64,000 bases of DNA. It comes from an uncultured virus (IMG/VR IMGVR_UViG_3300028490_000003) (lineage: Duplodnaviria > Heunggongvirae > Uroviricota > Caudoviricetes). A program made the position numbers and the translations under genes. This document shows positions 8,975 to 15,765 of the stretch, one piece after another; position 1 is the stretch's first letter, and the number at the start of each line of letters is the position of its first letter. The stretch is from the IMG/VR virus record IMGVR_UViG_3300028490_000003. One strand, given 5' to 3'. The notes under the pieces are model-generated. The model did not search any database. It was not told the DNA's origin and was given only the letters and a program-made list of their open reading frames with translations.

Positions 8975-9278
8975 AATCTTTAAATTTATCAGGTAGAACA
9001 CCGTTCCACCATATATATTCACTGTTTTCAGTTTTAAACCTACACAATTTACATTGCTCAGTTTCTATTTCTTCTAAAATCTCTGTAACCAATGTTGTGG
9101 TCCAGTTATCAAATAAACTACTATATAAAATAACACCGTTTCCTATTAAAGGATAAACACCATCATTTTTATTATATGTTCTATCGTCGCTCCAATTGAC
9201 AGACATAGATCTTTTACAATTAATCTCTTTGCCGTCTCGTTTTCTTCTTAGATGAAAAGGCATTACGGTATGAACCAT
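8955..9278 (-). CDS. hypothetical protein
   Basis: 107 aa; WTTTLVTEILE...FKTENSEY. Confidence 0.75.
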   Translation of the reverse strand: MVHTVMPFHLRRKRDGKEINCKRSMSVNWSDDRTYNKNDGVYPLIGNGVILYSSLFDNWTTTLVTEILEEIETEQCKLCRFKTENSEYIWWNGVLPDKFKDYGHNTV

Positions 9279-9478
9279 TTTTCATTCAACGTAAATTTTC
9301 CACCTGAGGATATTCCCCAACCTTCTACTACTTCAACAGTCCAATTACCTTTTCCTTTCATAAACATGCCAGGATCTAATTGAGCTAGTAATGTAACAGT
9401 AGCTGCTCCAAGTTCATGTGGAACTTCCATATTATCTTCGATCTCTACTGTATCACCGACTTCATAGATTATTTTCAT
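9263..9478 (-). CDS. hypothetical protein
   Basis: 71 aa; YEVGDTV start motif. Confidence 0.75.
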   Translation of the reverse strand: MKIIYEVGDTVEIEDNMEVPHELGAATVTLLAQLDPGMFMKGKGNWTVEVVEGWGISSGGKFTLNEKWFIP

Positions 9479-9508
9479 ATTATTTTATTTATTTAGTTTA
9501 GTATTAAA

Positions 9509-9647
9509 AACAGAGGAATGCTAGAAAGAGCAAAACCAAATTGTCTTCCCATTTTATATTATTCTTTAGTGGGAAGAGCAGGAGTCGAACCTACACTATT
9601 TAATGATATATGAATCACGAAGTAACTCTTATTCTTTACCATCTGTT
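9509..9647 (-). ncRNA. Y-RNA-like ncRNA, copy D (T arm plus closed acceptor-like stem)
   Basis: AACAGA/TCTGTT stem, GAGTTACTTCG, GTAGGTTCGACTCCTGC, TCTTCCCA/TGGGAAGA. Confidence 0.75.
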
Positions 9648-9656
9648 ATATTGTTG

Positions 9657-9742
9657 AGGAGAGAATGGGATTTGAACCCATGCGCCTGTTACAGCCTATT
9701 GATTTAGCAAACCAACCTCTTAAACCGCTTGAGTACCTCTCC
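9657..9742 (-). tRNA. tRNA-Ser(GCT)
   Basis: Loop TTGCTAA, long variable arm. Confidence 0.92.
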
Positions 9743-9791
9743 TGGAGCGGGCTTAGTGATAAAACTAAGTATCATCCCGCATGTATTATTG

Positions 9792-9872
9792 TCTCCCAGG
9801 TAGGGATCGAACCTACACGCCTTGCGGACCAGATTTACAGTCTAGCGAGCCAGCCAAATGCTCAACTGAGAG
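9792..9872 (-). tRNA. tRNA-Tyr(GTA) with C1-G72
   Basis: CTAGA-CTGTAAA-TCTGG, variable arm CCGCAAGG, T arm GTAGGTTCGATCCCTAC. Confidence 0.88.
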
Positions 9873-9878
9873 ATATTG

Positions 9879-9947
9879 TGGGAACAGCGAGATTCGAACT
9901 CACCTGCTAGCGATTTACAGTCGCGGCACCTATGCCTGAGTGCTCCC
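9879..9947 (-). tRNA. atypical tRNA-Tyr(GTA)-like gene
   Basis: GGGAGCA/TGTTCCC acceptor, GCGA-CTGTAAA-TCGC, T loop TTCGAAT; shrunken D arm and no long variable arm. Confidence 0.7.
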
Positions 9948-9994
9948 GTGATCATTGTTTATAAGCCTTTCAGCAGGTACAACGATAAAACCTT

Positions 9995-10282
9995 TTATTT
10001 TAATTTAGCTTCAATTTTTTCTAAAATACTTAATTTATCTTCAATTCTCCATAAAGAACTTAATATATGTTGTAATACAATTACACCTTGTTGTTGTACA
10101 GTAGCGCCAGTTTTAAAGTCTTTTTCAAATTCTTTTTCTTTATAACCAAAATTTTCTACTGCTACCATATTATCTATAAAAGCTTGTAATTGTTTAGGTT
10201 CCATACTATCTTTTAATTTTTGGATAGATCCTATTTTATGTTCTATTTGAGCTTTAAAACCATAATCATTTATATATGTCAT
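9995..10282 (-). CDS. hypothetical protein
   Basis: 95 aa ORF between tRNAs. Confidence 0.75.
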   Translation of the reverse strand: MTYINDYGFKAQIEHKIGSIQKLKDSMEPKQLQAFIDNMVAVENFGYKEKEFEKDFKTGATVQQQGVIVLQHILSSLWRIEDKLSILEKIEAKLK

Positions 10283-10307
10283 TTAATTTTATTTAATTTA
10301 TTATATG

Positions 10308-10380
10308 CGGTCTACATGGGAGTCGAACCCACAATCTTCGCAGTGACAGTGCAACATGTTACCAACAACACCTCTAGACC
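10308..10380 (-). tRNA. tRNA-Asp(GTC)
   Basis: Loop CTGTCAC, G73. Confidence 0.92.
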
Positions 10381-10484
10381 ATTTTATATTATAACGTTAA
10401 CGAGCACCTTTTATCCTTGTACTATTAAACCTTGGGAATGGCAGCGCAATTAAGTATCACCTATTATACCAACGGTTAACGTTT

Positions 10485-10580
10485 TAGTTATGAACGGATT
10501 TCATACCGCCAGCTCAACTCTTTAACAGAGAGACGCGTTATTTTCTACATATTTGTAGAGAGTATTAACACCACATAACT
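10485..10580 (-). tRNA. degenerate tRNA-Asn(GTT)-like RNA with expanded D arm
   Basis: AGTTATG/CATAACT acceptor, CTCT-CTGTTAA-AGAG, non-canonical T arm GGCGG-TATGAAAT-CCGTT. Confidence 0.55.
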
Positions 10581-10634
10581 TATGATATATCATTCATTAA
10601 CCCTTAAAAAGGTACTTAATGTAGTATATTTCAT

Positions 10635-10790
10635 TCAATCTTCTTTCTTCTTACTAAATATATAAAAAGTTAAAGCGAGTATACTTAATATAAAAAATAC
10701 TACAAAATCTGTTCTATTTTCAGCTACTACAGCATTATAAGACAGTATTAATAATGCCCAAAAAGACATTAAGCTTTCAGTTCTTTTCAT
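10635..10790 (-). CDS. small membrane protein
   Basis: MKRTESL... with two hydrophobic segments; the track's upstream extension overlaps tRNA-Ala. Confidence 0.65.
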   Translation of the reverse strand: MKRTESLMSFWALLILSYNAVVAENRTDFVVFFILSILALTFYIFSKKKED

Positions 10791-10812
10791 TTTATTTGTT
10801 TTAGTTAAATTG

Positions 10813-10888
10813 TGGAGCCGATGGGATTTGAACCCACGATCTTCTGATTGCAAAACAGACGCTTTAAGCCAGGCTAAGCTACGGTCCC
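10813..10888 (-). tRNA. tRNA-Ala(TGC)
   Basis: Loop TTTGCAA, G3.U70. Confidence 0.92.
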
Positions 10889-10896
10889 AAGTAAAA

Positions 10897-11047
10897 AATT
10901 AATAGAGAATAATGGAGGGAGTGAAACACATAAAGTGCCTGAATGAAAATCAGGTGACCTAACCACTAGTCAAATTGGGCAATGCTGCTCAATATAGGAT
11001 TCGAACCTATGAAACGAAGTAACTCCTATTCCTCACTACTATTAATT
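10897..11047 (-). ncRNA. Y-RNA-like ncRNA, copy E, carrying a circularly permuted tRNA-Glu(TTC)-like module
   Basis: AATTAATAG/CTATTAATT stem, GAGTTACTTCG, then T arm, closed acceptor hairpin, D arm, CCTGA-TTTTCAT-TCAGG. Confidence 0.78.
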
Positions 11048-11050
11048 TAT

Positions 11051-11428
11051 TTATTTATATAATACCATTATGGTTGATGGTGCTTGTACTACTACAGTAT
11101 CATCATAAATATATACTACTATATTATCAGAGTAAAAAATTATTTCATCTTTTCTTTGAGTAAGCGTTTGTATATTAGTTAAATGTATATTAGATGTTTG
11201 TCCATCATCAGTATGTAAATCTATTGTTATAGTTTTATCTGGATTAAATGAAAATATACCACGTACATGTATTATATCAGAATAGACAAACATATGAGAG
11301 TATTTATCCATGTGGGCAATTGATGCTTGTGTAGGATAAAATTGTAGTCTTTCTCTACTTTCTCCTTCATAATCTTGTGCAAATAGCATATTACTCAAGA
11401 ATAATACTATTATTAATATTTTTTTCAT
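11051..11428 (-). CDS. secreted protein
   Basis: Signal peptide MKKILIIVLFLSNMLFA-Q. Confidence 0.8.
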   Translation of the reverse strand: MKKILIIVLFLSNMLFAQDYEGESRERLQFYPTQASIAHMDKYSHMFVYSDIIHVRGIFSFNPDKTITIDLHTDDGQTSNIHLTNIQTLTQRKDEIIFYSDNIVVYIYDDTVVVQAPSTIMVLYK

Positions 11429-11447
11429 ATCTGCTTATTTAAATTTG

Positions 11448-11521
11448 AGCCTCCAGAGGGATTCGAACCCACGACATTCTCATTACAAGTGAGATGCTCT
11501 GGCCAACTGAGCTATGGAGGC
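11448..11521 (-). tRNA. tRNA-Thr(TGT)
   Basis: Loop CTTGTAA, canonical cloverleaf. Confidence 0.94.
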
Positions 11522-11640
11522 ATGGCAGGGGCTTTGGTACCATACGCCTGAGGTTGGACCCCCCAGGAAACTCGAGCCCCTATATTGCAATTACTTTGAC
11601 ACTTTAAAACTTCACAAGAGGTGTGTAATTGCTATATTAT

Positions 11641-11829
11641 TTAAAATATTTCATAGTCGTATTCTATAGGCTTTTTCCATTGCTCTATTAAATACTTTGC
11701 TTTATTAGCTGCATAAGGAACTGGAATAGATAACCAAGCAGCTGTTGTTAATTCCATTACATAGGCTTCTATGTTAAGTTCAGTAATTTCTCCTGTAACA
11801 TATAAATAATGTAGATCTTTTACATCCAT
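11641..11829 (-). CDS. small protein with C-terminal YDYEIF tag
   Basis: 62 aa. Confidence 0.75.
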   Translation of the reverse strand: MDVKDLHYLYVTGEITELNIEAYVMELTTAAWLSIPVPYAANKAKYLIEQWKKPIEYDYEIF

Positions 11830-12065
11830 TATTTTATATATTTTGAGATATTAATTACTCCTTCTATATTACCATGTCTTGCAACAATGTCCTCATCTTC
11901 ATCATCTAATTCAGCATTTTGAATATCTTCTGCATTAAATGCAAATTCTTCAGATAATTCTAAAAGTCTTATTCTATCTATTTGATGTCCCTCTTCAACA
12001 AGTTCTCCATCTATATAAATAGCTTCCCAATCACCAGATTGAGTATTTATAATTATTATTTTCAT
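11829..12065 (-). CDS. acidic hypothetical protein
   Basis: 78 aa; GDWEAIYIDG..EGH. Confidence 0.8.
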   Translation of the reverse strand: MKIIIINTQSGDWEAIYIDGELVEEGHQIDRIRLLELSEEFAFNAEDIQNAELDDEDEDIVARHGNIEGVINISKYIK

Positions 12066-12067
12066 AT

Positions 12068-12358
12068 TTAAAATATTTCATAATTATCATTAAATGTAGT
12101 ACCCATTATTTCATCTACATAATTACTATATGCTTCAGCACTTATCATAGGATCCCAAGCTTTATTATCAATACCTACACGACCATTAAAATAGCCTACG
12201 TATCTCATATTAGTAACTTTATAATAATCAAAATTTACATCATTTTGGTTATCAGAGTTTCTAAATTTATTAAAGATTAAATCAGCTTTATTTATATATA
12301 ACTGTCTCTCTTTATTATTACTTACTGAAACACAAAAAGTATCTGTTAGTATATTCAT
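12068..12358 (-). CDS. small protein with C-terminal DNYEIF tag
   Basis: Start moved to MNILTD because the track's start overlaps tRNA-Trp. Confidence 0.75.
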   Translation of the reverse strand: MNILTDTFCVSVSNNKERQLYINKADLIFNKFRNSDNQNDVNFDYYKVTNMRYVGYFNGRVGIDNKAWDPMISAEAYSNYVDEIMGTTFNDNYEIF

Positions 12359-12385
12359 TTTGTTTAATTTATTTATTAAAATTTG

Positions 12386-12456
12386 CACGCCTTAAAGGAT
12401 TCGAACCCTTACAAAGAGGTTTGGAAGCTCTTGTGCTACCATTACACTAAAGGCGC
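12386..12456 (-). tRNA. tRNA-Trp(CCA)
   Basis: Loop TTCCAAA by cloverleaf spacing, G73; C31.C39 mismatch. Confidence 0.85.
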
Positions 12457-12500
12457 GTGTTAATTATTTTATTATCCAATATGTCAAAGACCATGTCTTG

Positions 12501-12583
12501 TACTCCTAGAGAGAATCGAACTCTCATGCCTCTCGGCACTAGATCCTAAATCTAGCGTGTCTACCTAATTCCACCATAGGAGC
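12501..12583 (-). tRNA. tRNA-Leu(TAG)
   Basis: CTAGA-TTTAGGA-TCTAG, long variable arm. Confidence 0.93.
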
Positions 12584-12754
12584 AAAATGAACTATAAAAC
12601 CAGGAGCGTACCCTGGAGACTAATTCCACCACATCCCGTGGCTCTTTTAATTTCATAATGGATCCCTAAAAACTCTTTCGAGAAAACTTAGATCCATCAT
12701 TAATAGTTACACCGAGGGGATCCCTTACACTATTAACGTTTTCTTCTCATTTTG

Positions 12755-12829
12755 GGTGAAAGATGGGTTTCGAACCCACGACCTCTTGAACCACAATCAA
12801 GCGTTCTAACCAACTGAACTACAATCACC
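12755..12829 (-). tRNA. tRNA-His(GTG)
   Basis: Loop TTGTGGT, G-1:C73. Confidence 0.93.
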
Positions 12830-12836
12830 ATATTAA

Positions 12837-13085
12837 CTACTTACATCCTATTGGTATATCTTCATATATCATATGAGTAGTATCTTTCATTATTAAGATA
12901 GCACTACCATCACAAAACGTGTAAATAATATTACCTTCATCACCATCTTCTTCATCTTTAAATGTTGAGACAGCTTTTTCTTTAATTTTATTAACTACTT
13001 CTTTTGTTAAATTACCTTCAAATACATGTACTACAGGTAAATATGAGGGTTTAACAGCAAAGTCTAATAGTGTTTTTGCTATCAT
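12837..13085 (-). CDS. hypothetical protein
   Basis: 82 aa ORF. Confidence 0.75.
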   Translation of the reverse strand: MIAKTLLDFAVKPSYLPVVHVFEGNLTKEVVNKIKEKAVSTFKDEEDGDEGNIIYTFCDGSAILIMKDTTHMIYEDIPIGCK

Positions 13086-13086
13086 T

Positions 13087-13221
13087 TTATTTTAAGCATT
13101 CATCAACTAGTTCTTGAAATAAGTCTCTTGGTAATTCAAATGCTGATATAAGTACATCTATATCATCTTCTGACATTTCTTCCAAGCGCTTTCTCAACTT
13201 TGTTAATTTTATTTCTGCCAT
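13087..13221 (-). CDS. small hypothetical protein (44 aa)
   Basis: Manual translation MAEIKLTKLRKRLEEMSEDDIDVLISAFELPRDLFQELVDECLK; abuts the next start. Confidence 0.65.
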   Translation of the reverse strand: MAEIKLTKLRKRLEEMSEDDIDVLISAFELPRDLFQELVDECLK

Positions 13222-13252
13222 TTTATTTAATTTAGTATTTTAATGAACTTAG

Positions 13253-13326
13253 TATGTCTAGAGGGACTCAAACCCCCAACCTCTAAGGCCGTAACTTAGG
13301 GCTCTATTCAATTGAGCTATAGACAT
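13253..13326 (-). tRNA. tRNA-Arg(ACG)
   Basis: CTAAG-TTACGGC-CTTAG. Confidence 0.92.
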
Positions 13327-13331
13327 AAATG

Positions 13332-13407
13332 TCGGAGTGGTCAGATTCGAACTGACGTGCTCTGCATCCCAAATGCAGCGAGATAAACCGTGCTCCTCTA
13401 CACCCCG
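13332..13407 (-). tRNA. tRNA-Pro(TGG)
   Basis: CTGCA-TTTGGGA-TGCAG, C1-G72, A73. Confidence 0.93.
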
Positions 13408-13411
13408 TAAT

Positions 13412-13447
13412 AAAAAAACCTGATACTTTTAAGGGATATCAGGTTTT
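13412..13447 (-). terminator. Intrinsic terminator/attenuator immediately upstream of the large tRNA cluster
   Basis: AAAACCTGATAT-CCCTTAAAA-GTATCAGGTTTTTTT. Confidence 0.85.
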
Positions 13448-13473
13448 ATATATTTAACTAAAATATTATGATA

Positions 13474-13551
13474 TCACCTAACATACCTATCCGCACTATG
13501 ATCTAGCCATAATGTTCGCGGAGTTTGATATGTGTATAAAGATGTTCTCAT
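13474..13551 (-). CDS. Putative leader peptide (25 aa) MRTSLYTYQTPRTLWLDHSADRYVR
   Basis: ATG..TGA ORF between promoter motif and terminator; its codons match downstream tRNAs; AGGTGATATCA across the stop is complementary to the terminator 5' arm. Confidence 0.8.
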   Translation of the reverse strand: MRTSLYTYQTPRTLWLDHSADRYVR

Positions 13552-13584
13552 ACTATTTAAACGTTTTATTTATTTAGTTATTAC

Positions 13585-13596
13585 AATAATACTAAA
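13585..13596 (-). promoter_or_regulatory. TTTAGTATTAT promoter-like motif
   Basis: Recurrent motif about 35 nt upstream of the leader ATG. Confidence 0.65.
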
Positions 13597-13637
13597 CTTT
13601 TTTTAAAAAATAAAGTAAAACCAGTAATATTTATAAA

Positions 13638-13982
13638 TTATATGACCTTTTTATCTATATAATTTTCTAATTCTTTCGCAACTTTCACAAAATCTGTGTA
13701 ATATTCATTTTTAATTTCAGCAGTATTTCTTTCCATAATAACGAAAAGAACATCTTCAGGAATATCTTCAGATAACTCACCAATACGCCCAATAGCGTTA
13801 CATTGTTCATTAATAATTTTAGTTGTTTCAGTAAAATCATTATCAGAATCAATAACAGCTTTAAATTGTATCTTTTCAAAAATTTCAGGGCCTAATAATT
13901 TAATAGACTCTGCTTCAGGGCTTAATTGCCCAAATATGCTTACAGTTGCCATAACAAATAATATTAATAATAGTTTTTTCAT
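13638..13982 (-). CDS. secreted protein
   Basis: Signal peptide MKKLLLILFVMATVSIFG-Q. Confidence 0.8.
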   Translation of the reverse strand: MKKLLLILFVMATVSIFGQLSPEAESIKLLGPEIFEKIQFKAVIDSDNDFTETTKIINEQCNAIGRIGELSEDIPEDVLFVIMERNTAEIKNEYYTDFVKVAKELENYIDKKVI

Positions 13983-14161
13983 TGTTCTCCATTTAAAAAT
14001 TCAATATACTCTGTCCACATTCTACTTACATAAGCATTAGAACAGCTGCATAATCTAGCAATATCATTATTTTTTCTAATATTTCCAAAACATGATATTA
14101 CTTTTGCTTTTTTAGACATTATATCATCTGTAAGATCTATAGCATCGATATTGATAGCCAT
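13979..14161 (-). CDS. small HTH-like protein
   Basis: NNDIARLCSCSNAYVSR resembles a helix-turn-helix. Confidence 0.6.
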   Translation of the reverse strand: MAINIDAIDLTDDIMSKKAKVISCFGNIRKNNDIARLCSCSNAYVSRMWTEYIEFLNGEQ

Positions 14162-14425
14162 TTAAGAGGCAAACACTTTAGCTTCCTCATAAATAAACCA
14201 TTGTTTTTGTCTACCATCTGGGTATTTAAACTCTGCCATTTCCTCTTCAGAATAACAATATGCAGCAGCAGCAAAAAAGCCATTATTTACTACACATACT
14301 AATCCTTCAACCCACATGTCTGGTTCAGGAACACTTTCAGCACCTGCTTTTTCTAAAGCACTTGTTTTTTCTGCAAAAGAAGCTCCTAAGTCTTCTCCAT
14401 TGATTCTATTTATGTATTTTCCCAT
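14162..14425 (-). CDS. hypothetical phage protein
   Basis: 87 aa; VCVVNNGFFAAA. Confidence 0.8.
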   Translation of the reverse strand: MGKYINRINGEDLGASFAEKTSALEKAGAESVPEPDMWVEGLVCVVNNGFFAAAAYCYSEEEMAEFKYPDGRQKQWFIYEEAKVFAS

Positions 14426-14426
14426 T

Positions 14427-14690
14427 TTACACGCGTTTTTTTAAAGTTTCTAATTCTCTGTTAATTCTTGAGATGTTGCCATCAGTTAATTTAACAGTTT
14501 CACCTGATTTATTAATTTTAACTCCAGTATCTAACTGGGCTTTTAAACGAGATAATACTCTCGCTCTTCTGAGTTTTTTTGGTACTCCACCACTAGCATT
14601 TTGTGCCATATAGCTTCTTAGTTTATTTACTCTATTAGAATGAGGCAGGGAATAGAGCTTTTCCTTTTCGATTTGCATGTCTAGCCTCAT
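14427..14690 (-). CDS. basic hypothetical protein
   Basis: 87 aa; true start uncertain. Confidence 0.65.
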   Translation of the reverse strand: MRLDMQIEKEKLYSLPHSNRVNKLRSYMAQNASGGVPKKLRRARVLSRLKAQLDTGVKINKSGETVKLTDGNISRINRELETLKKRV

Positions 14691-14697
14691 TTATTAT

Positions 14698-14955
14698 TTA
14701 AAACACTGAATAATTATCGTTTTCACGTATTTTTTGTAGTTTTGCTATATCTTTTATTCCACTTTTAAAAAGCTCTATCTCATCTCTTGTAGCAAATCTC
14801 CATTGGTGTCCTTCCATGTATACATAATTTCCATATTGTACACTAGTACCGCCACTAACATAATTAACTTTATGCATCAAGCCTATTTTAGCTGATGAAT
14901 AAGAGTCTCTTCCAGTTCGTACAACTATATCTCCAATTTTCGCAAAACGTGACAT
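14698..14955 (-). CDS. small protein with WRFAT motif and DNYSVF tag
   Basis: 85 aa. Confidence 0.8.
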   Translation of the reverse strand: MSRFAKIGDIVVRTGRDSYSSAKIGLMHKVNYVSGGTSVQYGNYVYMEGHQWRFATRDEIELFKSGIKDIAKLQKIRENDNYSVF

Positions 14956-15467
14956 TATGACATGATATTTATAAACGTCTCAACAAGGTACAATTTTGGA
15001 AAAAAAGTAACCTTGATCGCATCTAATATATGATGGAAAAACATTATAATACCAATTAAAGCACCTAATACTCTACTAGAGTAATAAGTAACTTCTTCTA
15101 TAGTAGGAGCATTGTAACCACTATCAATATATCTATCTCCAAATACTTTACTATAGTTCCCTTCTTCTGGTTTATCTTTAACAGTTACTACTCTTGGTAT
15201 AATAATAAAACCTAAGATAAAAGTAATGATAGCTAAACCTACATAGAACCATGCACGCACAGCTTCAAACATTAAATACTGTTGAATTACTATCGGTGCT
15301 TCTGCTACCAGCATGTCCGTACCTGTTTTTATTCCTTCAGCAAGTTCTCCTACATATTGTATCATAAGCTCTTCAAACTTATTATGTTCAGATTGATTGT
15401 TGTTACTTTGGGAATATGAAGTATACCCCATTGTAAACATTAATAATATTAATATTATTCTTTTCAT
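14955..15467 (-). CDS. membrane protein with signal peptide
   Basis: Signal peptide plus 2 TM segments. Confidence 0.8.
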   Translation of the reverse strand: MKRIILILLMFTMGYTSYSQSNNNQSEHNKFEELMIQYVGELAEGIKTGTDMLVAEAPIVIQQYLMFEAVRAWFYVGLAIITFILGFIIIPRVVTVKDKPEEGNYSKVFGDRYIDSGYNAPTIEEVTYYSSRVLGALIGIIMFFHHILDAIKVTFFPKLYLVETFINIMS

Positions 15468-15568
15468 TTTAAGACATTTTAAATTTAATTATTAATAATA
15501 ATATAAGCATACATACAAATCCTATAAATGCATATGTAGCTATCTTCATACTTGTTTTTTTACTCATT

Positions 15569-15760
15569 TTAATTCCAATTTTTAGAGCTGTATTTTTCAA
15601 ACAACTCTGGCCACGTATCCATTATTTTACGTTTATTGTTCATATCTGCTTTATAAAATAAAACAGCTAGTTCTACTACAAAACTACCTCCATATGTAGT
15701 CATATTTTGAAGAGTAGCATGTCTCTCTTCTGCGGATTCAAATAAAAATTGTTTTCCCAT
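15569..15760 (-). CDS. hypothetical phage protein
   Basis: YGGSFV..LA....KAD..N...I...WPE. Confidence 0.8.
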   Translation of the reverse strand: MGKQFLFESAEERHATLQNMTTYGGSFVVELAVLFYKADMNNKRKIMDTWPELFEKYSSKNWN

Positions 15761-15765
15761 CTTAT

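Noticed and set aside
9665..10453. Plus-strand ORFs 9665-9910, 9876-10145 and 10220-10453
   Set aside because: Antisense to tRNAs and a minus-strand gene
12386..12456. Alternative reading as tRNA-Gly(TCC)
   Set aside because: Cloverleaf spacing and G73 place CCA at positions 34-36
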